Below, piece after piece: positions 17,224-29,100 of a DNA stretch of 32,000 nucleotides. Below the pieces are notes generated by a model. It saw only the letters and a program-made list of their open reading frames with translations, made no database searches and was not told where the DNA came from. This stretch comes from Horticoccus luteus (GTDB taxonomy: Bacteria > Verrucomicrobiota > Verrucomicrobiia > Opitutales > Opitutaceae): NCBI RefSeq assembly GCF_019464535.1, contig NZ_CP080507.1, forward strand, positions 60,001 through 92,000. Reading direction: 5' to 3'. A program made the translations under genes and the position numbers. Positions within the stretch are counted from its first letter, which is position 1. Every line of letters starts with the position of its first letter.

Positions 17224-17691
17224 GGCCACTTTTGCACCCGCGGCGTGGGGGCTGGTCAATAAAATTTGGTGCCCTTGCGCAGCCTAAAGCCATGTGTTCA
17301 GAAGCGGGCAACGTCTGCGATGGGACTGAGACGCACGACGGAGAGAATGCGAACGCTGACGCGTAGAGGTGCGTCCGGACTCAGGCTCCTGCGTTCGGAC
17401 AAGATGAAATCCCGTAGGAAAATAAAAACGGCAACGCGCGAAATAGAAACGATCTGTGAGCCACGACGCGCCAATCGCGACGCAGCATCGATTCCAAGTA
17501 TCGGCCGGCCGGCAGCTACGGCGGTCTCTGGCGGCAGCGGGCACGGCGTATCCGACGGCGCCAATCTGCTTCGGTCGCGCGAGCACGCACTCTATTCAGC
17601 CGGCTCGCGGACGGACCTATCGCGACCAATCCGGGTGCAACCTGCATCGACAAGGACGATCCGAATTATTTCGTCCCGGCGGCCGGTGCCG

Positions 17692-17724
17692 AAAAAAGCC
17701 CACCGGCGGGAAATTCCGGTGGGC
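17692..17724 (-). terminator. Rho-independent terminator of gnd
   Basis: The minus strand reads GCCCACCGG-AATTTCCCG-CCGGTGGGC followed by TTTTTT. That is a perfect 9-bp GC-rich stem plus a U-tract. It starts 38 nt after the gnd stop codon. Confidence 0.75.
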
Positions 17725-17761
17725 AGTATAGGTCGCGCGGTGCGGCGCAACGGCACGCGGT

Positions 17762-19267
<1,506 letters not shown>

Positions 19268-19408
19268 AACTTCCGTCACCGTAGAGGTGGCCGGAGGGAA
19301 CACCACTTCGATTTTATGGGGGCGCGTGGATATTTGGTCGCGTCGTTGAGTGGGCCGGCGCGGCGCGGGGGACAGGGTGTAGGGGCGGCGAGAGGGAAAT
19401 GTGCCGCG

Positions 19409-19714
19409 CTACGGGTTGTCCGCGGGGGTGGCCTGCTTCTTCGCGAACGTGTTTTTCGAGGGGAAAAACGGGGCGATCTTATTCATGAGCGGCGTGAGGA
19501 AGCGGGGCTCATTGCGATTGTAGATCCAGCTAAAGCCGATGATGACGAGCACCACGAAGACACCGACGCCGAGGACGACTTTGTTGAGGCGGGCGAGCTT
19601 GCGGAGCACGAAAACCGCAGCGACGACGACCGCGACCGCCATCGCGGCTTTGAGCCAGAATTGCGGCGGGATTTTGTGCAGGCGTTCGAGCGCAGTGACG
19701 GCCAGAAGCGGCAT
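19409..19714 (-). CDS. Small hypothetical membrane protein (two predicted TM helices)
   Basis: 101 aa, ATG start. Hydrophobic segments AAMAVAVVVAAVFVL and VVLGVGVFVVLVIIGFSWIY. Its composition (Lys, Phe, Asn present) is unlike the Arg/Ala/Gly/Pro-rich shadow ORFs. It lies between moaE and gnd on the same strand. No family recognised. Confidence 0.55.
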   Translation of the reverse strand: MPLLAVTALERLHKIPPQFWLKAAMAVAVVVAAVFVLRKLARLNKVVLGVGVFVVLVIIGFSWIYNRNEPRFLTPLMNKIAPFFPSKNTFAKKQATPADNP

Positions 19715-19806
19715 GAGGAAAGGGTGGACGAGGGACGCGTTGGCGCGATGAGAAACGCGCCGCGCGAAGCGGAGACCCCGGTGGCGGCGAAATGTTTACG
19801 CAGATT

Positions 19807-20280
19807 TCACGGCGCCGGCGGAGCGGGCGGCGCGGAGGGCGTAGTGGAGGCGCCGTCGGCGGGAGGGCGCGTGGCGCAGTTGATCCAGGCGGAGGCGCCG
19901 GTGGCGTAGTGTTCTTTTTTCCACACGGGCACGCGGGCTTTGGTTTCGTCGATGATATAGCGGCAGGCGGCGAAGGCGGCGTCGCGATGGGCGGCGGCGG
20001 CGCCGATCCAGACGGCCAGGTCGCCGATGGCGAGCGCGCCGATGCGGTGAACGCAGACCGCGTGGAGAATGGCGAATTTCGCGCGAGCCTCCTCGAGGAT
20101 GCGCGTGCCTTCTTTCTCGGCGAGGGCGGCGTAGGCTTCGTAATCGAGCGCGAGGACGGGCTGGCCTTCGTTGTGGTTGCGCACGCGGCCTTCGAAGGTG
20201 GCCAGCGCGCCGGCGCGGGGATCATCGAGTGAGCGCGCGAGCGCGGCCGGATCGAGCGGAGCGGAGGAAAGGCGAAACAT
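19807..20280 (-). CDS. moaE: Molybdopterin synthase catalytic subunit
   Basis: Track ORF 19807..20349 starts at a TTG. I use ATG 20280 (MFRLSSAPLD). MoaE landmarks: GALATFEGRVRNHNEG, VWIGAAAAHRDAAFAACRYIIDETKARVPVWKKE. It has a Pro/Ala-rich C-terminal tail. Confidence 0.9.
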   Translation of the reverse strand: MFRLSSAPLDPAALARSLDDPRAGALATFEGRVRNHNEGQPVLALDYEAYAALAEKEGTRILEEARAKFAILHAVCVHRIGALAIGDLAVWIGAAAAHRDAAFAACRYIIDETKARVPVWKKEHYATGASAWINCATRPPADGASTTPSAPPAPPAP

Positions 20281-20345
20281 GGAGCGGAAGGTCAGAGAGG
20301 GGCGCGCGAACCGTGAGCAGCCGGCGGCGGGGACGAGCGAGGCGC

Positions 20346-20591
20346 TCAACCGCCGGCGACGGGAGGAATAAAGACGATCAAGTCGCCTTCGTGCAGCGGA
20401 GCCGCGGCGGGGACGAATTCGCCGTTCACCGCGGCGCGGACGGCGGCGGCAGGCAGCGTGAAGCCGTGGCGCGCGCGCAACTCCTCGTAGAGCGCGGTGG
20501 GCGTGGCGGCGGCGGTCGCGAGCGATTCGGCGGCGAGGCCGCGTTGCTCGCGCAGGAGGGCGAAATATTCGATGCGCAGCGTGCGGGTCAT
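20346..20591 (-). CDS. moaD: Molybdopterin synthase sulfur-carrier subunit (MoaD/ThiS fold)
   Basis: The track ORF 20346..20813 is over-extended. From ATG 20591 the 81-aa product MTRTLRIEYFALLREQ... ends in the diagnostic C-terminal Gly-Gly (PPVAGG). Its start overlaps the moaC stop (ATGA, 20588-20591). Confidence 0.85.
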   Translation of the reverse strand: MTRTLRIEYFALLREQRGLAAESLATAAATPTALYEELRARHGFTLPAAAVRAAVNGEFVPAAAPLHEGDLIVFIPPVAGG

Positions 20592-21061
20592 AACGCGCGA
20601 TAGTCGCTCTTGCCGCCGGTTTTTTCCACCAGATGCACGTCTTTGATCACGATGCCGTGCGAGACGGCCTTGGCCATGTCGTAGAGGGTGAGCGCGGCGA
20701 CTGTCGCGCCGGTGAGCGCCTCCATCTCGACGCCGGTTTTGCCGTGGGTGCGCACACGGCAGTGGATCGTCACGTCGGCGCGTGCGGCGTCGGCGTCGAT
20801 TTCGATTTTGCAATCGTCGAGCGGGAGTGGGTGGCAGAGCGGGATGAGGTCACTGGTGCGTTTCGCGCCCATGATGCCGGCGAGAATGGCGGTGTGAAAA
20901 AGGGGACCCTTCTTCGTGGCGATTTCGCCGTCGCGGAGGAGTGCGGCGAGTTCGCCAGGGAGCGTGACGGTCGCCACGGCATGGGCGGTGCGCGCGGTGA
21001 CGGCCTTGTCGCCGACGTCGACCATCGCGGGGCGGTTCTGCGCATCGAGGTGGGAAAACAT
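20588..21061 (-). CDS. moaC: Cyclic pyranopterin monophosphate synthase
   Basis: 157 aa. MoaC landmarks: MVDVGDKAVTARTA, KKGPLFHTAILAGIMGAKRTSDLIPLCHPL, GVEMEALTGATVAALTLYDMAKAV. Confidence 0.95.
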   Translation of the reverse strand: MFSHLDAQNRPAMVDVGDKAVTARTAHAVATVTLPGELAALLRDGEIATKKGPLFHTAILAGIMGAKRTSDLIPLCHPLPLDDCKIEIDADAARADVTIHCRVRTHGKTGVEMEALTGATVAALTLYDMAKAVSHGIVIKDVHLVEKTGGKSDYRAL

Positions 21062-21288
21062 GGGGCCATTCCGACGTGGTGGCGCGCGCTTGACGAACGG
21101 AAAAACGCGACGACTCCGCGCGCGGCGGGTTGCCGAGCGGCGCTGAATCCGAGCCGCGCGCGGAGCGCACGGCCCACCCGTGGGTCTGGCAGGGGAGCGG
21201 CGAGAGGAAACGCGCGGTCGGTGCAGCGAATTCGAGCTCGCGCGGCGGGGCGGGGCGCGGGTAGGTGATGTCGTTCCGCTTCAACCCC

Positions 21289-21630
21289 ATGACGACCACG
21301 CCGATCGATCCCTCGCTCATTCTCACCAATCTCGAAACCGTGCCCGGACGCACCATCGTTGAGCATTACGGGCTCGTCGCGGGCAGCACGGTGCGCGCGA
21401 AGCACGTGGGCCGCGATATCGCCGCAAGTCTCAAGAATCTCGTGGGCGGCGAACTGCGCGGTTACACGGAGTTGTTGCAGGAATCGCGCACGGAGGCGAC
21501 GGCCCGCATGGTCGCGCAAGCGAAGGCGCTGGGCGCGAACGCGGTCGTTAACATTCGCTTTTCCACGTCGTCGGTCGCGCAAGGCGCCGCCGAACTTTAC
21601 GCTTACGGCACGGCGGTGCGGGTCGAGTAA
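21289..21630 (+). CDS. YbjQ-family (UPF0145, 'heavy-metal-binding domain') protein
   Basis: Track ORF 21265..21630 (GTG 21265, ATG 21268 and ATG 21289 are all in frame). It is colinear with E. coli YbjQ: TVPGRTIVEHYGLVAGSTV...NLVGGELRGYTELLQESRTEA...AKALGANAVVNIRF...LYAYGTAV. The choice of start is uncertain. Confidence 0.85.
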   Translation: MTTTPIDPSLILTNLETVPGRTIVEHYGLVAGSTVRAKHVGRDIAASLKNLVGGELRGYTELLQESRTEATARMVAQAKALGANAVVNIRFSTSSVAQGAAELYAYGTAVRVE

Positions 21631-21637
21631 CGGAGCG

Positions 21638-22153
21638 ATGCATTCGAATCCGACCTTCCCGTTCCCGGAGTGGGTGGCGCTGGTCATCGCTTACGGAATC
21701 CCGTTCGCGATGCTGGTGATTTTCGGCGCGCTCGGTGCGTGGTCGGAACGGCGGCACTACGCTTCGATCCGCGCGCGCGAAGCGGCGACGGCGCGGTTGC
21801 CGGCGGTGAATTTGAAGTCGTGGGACGGCGGTCGGCCGGTGGCGGACGCGTGGCTGGTCACGGCGTCGGTCGTGATTTCGATCGATTACTTGAAACGTTT
21901 TCTGGCGGGCTGGCGGAAGATTTTCGGCGGGCCGGTGCGCTCGTATGAGACGCTGCTCGATCGCGCGCGGCGCGAGGCGTTGCTGCGGTTGAAAGAGCAG
22001 TGCCCGGAGGCGGACTTGATCGCGAATCTGCGTTTCGACACGGCGAGCATCGCGACGGCGCGCGGCCGGCGGCAGGGTGTGGCGGGCGTGGAGGTGGTCG
22101 CGTCGGGCACGGCGATTCGTTACGCGGCGGCGGGTGCCGCGGCGGGGCGTTGA
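21638..22153 (+). CDS. Membrane-anchored YbjQ-like domain protein
   Basis: The track ORF 21359..22153 is over-extended. ATG 21638 lies 7 nt after the preceding stop. The product has an N-terminal TM (WVALVIAYGIPFAMLVIFGALGAW). A YbjQ-like core follows: VVISIDYLKRFLAGWRKIFGGPVRSYETLLDRARREALLRLKEQ...ADLIANLRF...VVASGTAI. Confidence 0.75.
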   Translation: MHSNPTFPFPEWVALVIAYGIPFAMLVIFGALGAWSERRHYASIRAREAATARLPAVNLKSWDGGRPVADAWLVTASVVISIDYLKRFLAGWRKIFGGPVRSYETLLDRARREALLRLKEQCPEADLIANLRFDTASIATARGRRQGVAGVEVVASGTAIRYAAAGAAAGR

Positions 22154-22157
22154 GCGG

Positions 22158-22958
22158 ATGAAATTTGTGCGCCGCGAGCTCGGCGAGGCGGCGGAGGCGA
22201 GCAATCCCGGGGCGCCGGGCATGCGGCGGGAAATTTTCGTGCTGGCGGGCGCGTTGCTCGTGCTGCTGGTGGCGGGTTACGCGTCGATCGGCGTCGTGGT
22301 CGAACTCGCGCTGCCCCGCATCTCGGTGGCGCGGGAGCGGGCGTGGTTTGGCGGATGGAAAACCTCCGCGACGACGACTGCGCCCGGCGGCGACGCGGCG
22401 GCGTGGGCACGCGCCGAGGCGGCGTTGCAAAAGCTCGCGGCGCAACCGGGTGTGCCCGCGCTTGAGTATCGACTCGTGTTGCTCGACCAGGCGGCGCCGA
22501 ACGCGTTCGCGTTTCCCGGCGGAACGATCGCGATCACGCGCGGGTTGCTGCGGGTGTGCGGCGACGACGAGGTGGCGCTGGCGTTCGTGCTCGGGCACGA
22601 GCTGGGGCATTTCGCGCATCGCGATCATCTGCGCGCGCTCGGGCGGACGGCGGGGCGCACGGTGGCGTGGGCGGTGATCTTCGGCGGGACGGGCGATGCG
22701 GTGTCGGCGCAAACGCTGAACTTGATGGAGCTCGCGCATTCCCGCGCGCAGGAGGAGGCGGCGGACGCGTTTGGCGCGGCGCTCGTGCAACGCGTTTACG
22801 GGCGCACGGCGGGCGCGGAGCGGTTGTTTCGGTGGCTCGAGCAGCGGGAAAATTCGCCCGCGTGGACGGCGTGGTTGCAAACGCATCCGACGAGCGCGTC
22901 GCGGATCGAGCGCTTGCGCGACGCGGTGAACCCCGGCGCTCAGACCCAGGCGAAATAG
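22158..22958 (+). CDS. M48-family zinc metallopeptidase, single N-terminal TM
   Basis: The track ORF 22077..22958 is over-extended. ATG 22158 lies 4 nt after the preceding stop. TM IFVLAGALLVLLVAGYASIGVVV. Also NAFAFPGGTIAITRGLL, the HExxH motif in VLGHELGHFAHRDH, and a downstream SRAQEEAADAFG (third zinc-ligand region). Confidence 0.85.
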   Translation: MKFVRRELGEAAEASNPGAPGMRREIFVLAGALLVLLVAGYASIGVVVELALPRISVARERAWFGGWKTSATTTAPGGDAAAWARAEAALQKLAAQPGVPALEYRLVLLDQAAPNAFAFPGGTIAITRGLLRVCGDDEVALAFVLGHELGHFAHRDHLRALGRTAGRTVAWAVIFGGTGDAVSAQTLNLMELAHSRAQEEAADAFGAALVQRVYGRTAGAERLFRWLEQRENSPAWTAWLQTHPTSASRIERLRDAVNPGAQTQAK

Positions 22959-24145
22959 CGCGCGACGGTGCCGATGGGGAACGCGGTGCGGTCGGCGGGA
23001 AGTTCGACGAAGCCATCGGTGCCGATGAGGCCCGCGAAATCACCGGAGGTGTTGCTCGGATCGGGCGTGGCGAGGAGTTCGGCGTGCGGTCCGCTGCCGA
23101 GGCGCACGGGCAGGAGATACGCGAGCGGCGGCGCGAAGTTGACGGGCGTCGCAAGCGCGACGAGACGTGGCGCAGGGGCGACGATTCCGCTGGCGTGCGC
23201 GAGCGCGGGCAGCACGTAGCGATGCAGGCAGGTGTAGGCGGAGACGGGATTTCCGGGGAGCGCAAACACGGGTTTGTGGTGCGAGGTGACGCCGAACCAA
23301 AACGGTTTACCGGGTCGTTGCGCGACGCCGTGGAAGACCTCGCGCACGCCCTGCGCGGCGAGCGCGGCGGGCATAAAATCGAACTTCCCTTTCGAGACGC
23401 CGCCGGTGAGGAGCACGGCATCGTATTCGGCGAGGATATGCCACAAGCGGTGCTCAATCTCGCTCGGCAAATCGCGCAGGTGAAAGCGCTCCACTCGCGG
23501 AAAACCCGCGGCGATGAGCGCCGCGCGCACCGCGTGATCGTTGCTCCGGCGAATCTGATGCGGGCCGACGGCGTCGTCGACTTCGACCAATTCGTCGCCG
23601 GTCACGACCACGGCGATTTTCGGCTGGGCGGAGACGGTCAGGGTGCTCGCGCCGACGGAGGCGGCGACGGCGATTTCGCGTCCGGAGATCCGGCGGCCGG
23701 CGGGCACGACCACTTCGCCGGCGGCGTGATCGCTGCGGCGGCGGTGGATGGAAAATCCCGCGGGAGGCGCCACGCCGGCGGCGAGCGTCACGACGTCGCC
23801 GTCGCGGGTGGTTTGCTCAAAAGGCACGACGGCATCGGCGCCTTCCGGCAGCACGGCGCCCGTCATCACCTCGACGCAGGCGTGCTCGACCGGGCTGAGT
23901 TTCAGGGCGCGCATGCCCGCGGCCTGTGTGCCCTCGATGCGAAACGTGCGGGTGCCGGCGGCGATCACGGCGGTGCGCACCGCGTAACCGTCCATCGTCA
24001 CGCGGTCAAAGGGCGGGAGGTCGCGGTCGGCGCGGACGTCTGCGCGGAGGACGCGCCCGTGCGCCGCTTCGAGCGGGCAGTCCTCGCGGAGGAACGGCGC
24101 CATGTGGTCGAGGATGGCTTTTTCCGCTTCGTCCGGGGTGAGCAT
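22940..24145 (-). CDS. moeA: Molybdopterin molybdenumtransferase
   Basis: Track ORF 22940..24181 starts at a GTG. I use ATG 24145 (MLTPDEAEKAIL). MoeA landmarks: PPFDRVTMDGYAVR, VMTGAVLPEGADAVVP, VVTGDELV, LLTGGVSKGKFDF, GVAQRPGKPFWFG, FALPGNPVS. Its 3' end overlaps the convergent M48 gene by 19 nt. Confidence 0.9.
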   Translation of the reverse strand: MLTPDEAEKAILDHMAPFLREDCPLEAAHGRVLRADVRADRDLPPFDRVTMDGYAVRTAVIAAGTRTFRIEGTQAAGMRALKLSPVEHACVEVMTGAVLPEGADAVVPFEQTTRDGDVVTLAAGVAPPAGFSIHRRRSDHAAGEVVVPAGRRISGREIAVAASVGASTLTVSAQPKIAVVVTGDELVEVDDAVGPHQIRRSNDHAVRAALIAAGFPRVERFHLRDLPSEIEHRLWHILAEYDAVLLTGGVSKGKFDFMPAALAAQGVREVFHGVAQRPGKPFWFGVTSHHKPVFALPGNPVSAYTCLHRYVLPALAHASGIVAPAPRLVALATPVNFAPPLAYLLPVRLGSGPHAELLATPDPSNTSGDFAGLIGTDGFVELPADRTAFPIGTVARYFAWV

Positions 24146-24202
24146 GCGCGGATTTTTGACGGTGGAGAACGGAGGCGTCACCGAGAATCTTTGGGGGTGG
24201 GG

Positions 24203-24220
24203 CTACGTAAAGACACTTAT
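24203..24220 (+). promoter_or_regulatory. Shared upstream motif, copy 1 (CTACGTA-AAGA-CACTTAT), preceded by a G-run
   Basis: It ends 48 nt upstream of the hybrid kinase ATG. It matches copies at 29047-29074 and 31177-31206 in the CTACGTA box, the 4-nt spacer length and 5/7 positions of the second box. The function is inferred only. Confidence 0.3.
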
Positions 24221-24268
24221 GGAAGCGCGATTGAGGTTCGCGGGGCGGTCGCGTAGGACTCGGGCCGC

Positions 24269-28102
<3,834 letters not shown>

Positions 28103-28116
28103 CGCACTGCTCCGCG

Positions 28117-29064
28117 ATGTCTTCTGCAGCCACCATCCTCGTCGTCGACGACGTGCCGGCGAACTTGAGCGTGCTGCTCGATGCGTTGCATGGCGCGGGT
28201 CACCGCGTGCTGGTGGCGGAGAGCGGCGAAAGTGCGCTCGAACTGCTGCCGAACGTGGTGCCCGATCTCGTGCTGCTCGACGTGCGGCTGCCGGGAATCG
28301 ACGGTTTTGCCACCTGCCATCGGTTGAAATGCGATGCGCGGTGGCGGGATCTGCCGGTGATTTTTCTCACGTCGCTCGACGAGTCGGCGGAGAAGGTGCG
28401 GGCGTTTACGGCGGGCGCGGTGGATTATGTGACGAAGCCGATCGAGCCGACGGAGGTGGTGGCGCGGGTGGATGCGCATTTGCGGCTGCGACGGTTGCAG
28501 GCGGAGTTGGCGGAGAAGAATGAGGCGCTGGCGGCGGAGGTGGCCGAGCGGCGCGAGGCGGAGGACCGGCTGCGGCATTCGCTGGATCGCGCGGTCTTGG
28601 TCGCCGATGCGGCGGGGCGGGTGACGTTTGCGACGACGCTCGCGGAGCATCTCCTGCGCAAATATTTCCCGGACACGCCGACGGGCGTGCTGCCCGAGGG
28701 GTTTCGTCCGCTGCTGGCGACGGCCAACGCGGGCGACCTTCGCTTCGAAGGCGGCGGCGGGGCGCTGGCGGCGCAGGTTTACAAGTCGCCCGTCGCGGGT
28801 TCGCAGTGTTGCCTGGTGTTGGAAGAAACGCGGCCACAGCCGACGCCGGCGACGTTTCTCAAGCTCGGGCTCACGTTGCGCGAAGCGGAGGTTTTTTACT
28901 GGGTCAGCGAGGGCAAGAGCAGTCCGGAGATCGCGCTCTTGCTGGAGTTGAGTGCCCGCACGGTGGAGAAGCACATCAGTAATATCTACGTCAAGCTGGG
29001 GGTCGAAAATCGCGCGAGCGCGATCCGCCTCGCGCTGGATGCGCTCGGGGCGCCCCCTACGTAA
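28117..29064 (+). CDS. Response regulator: receiver + coiled-coil/PAS-like middle region + LuxR-type HTH
   Basis: The track ORF 27583..29064 is over-extended. ATG 28117 lies 14 nt after the kinase stop (MSSAATILVVDDVPANL). Receiver landmarks: LVLLDVRLPGIDGF, IFLTSL, DYVTKP. LuxR/FixJ HTH: LTLREAEVFYWVSEGKSSPEIALLLELSARTVEKHISNIYVKLGVENRASAI. Confidence 0.9.
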   Translation: MSSAATILVVDDVPANLSVLLDALHGAGHRVLVAESGESALELLPNVVPDLVLLDVRLPGIDGFATCHRLKCDARWRDLPVIFLTSLDESAEKVRAFTAGAVDYVTKPIEPTEVVARVDAHLRLRRLQAELAEKNEALAAEVAERREAEDRLRHSLDRAVLVADAAGRVTFATTLAEHLLRKYFPDTPTGVLPEGFRPLLATANAGDLRFEGGGGALAAQVYKSPVAGSQCCLVLEETRPQPTPATFLKLGLTLREAEVFYWVSEGKSSPEIALLLELSARTVEKHISNIYVKLGVENRASAIRLALDALGAPPT

Positions 29065-29074
29065 GGTCACGCAT
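29047..29074 (+). promoter_or_regulatory. Shared upstream motif, copy 2 (GGGGCGCCCC-CTACGTA-AGGT-CACGCAT)
   Basis: It overlaps the last codons and the TAA stop (29062-29064) of the regulator gene. It ends 26 nt before ATG 29101 and 71 nt before the alternative ATG 29146. GGGGCGCCCC is a perfect 10-nt palindrome. It is closely similar to 31177-31206. Confidence 0.4.
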
Positions 29075-29100
29075 ACCGGTCGCCGCCATTCGACGTTAAG

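Noticed and set aside
17366-17389. GAGGTGCGTCCGGACTCAGGCTCC, superficially like the RNase P RNA CR-I region (GAGGAAAGUCCGG.CUCC).
   Set aside because: The universally conserved GGAAAGUCC core is not present, and none of the other conserved RNase P blocks are visible in the surrounding 400 nt on either strand.
21228-21240. GAATTCGAGCTCG, adjacent EcoRI and SacI sites in the same order as the start of the pUC-type polylinker, which raises the question of vector contamination or engineering.
   Set aside because: Only 13 nt match. The flanks are native-looking GC-rich intergenic sequence with no further polylinker, lacZ or primer-site sequence. I treat it as coincidence.
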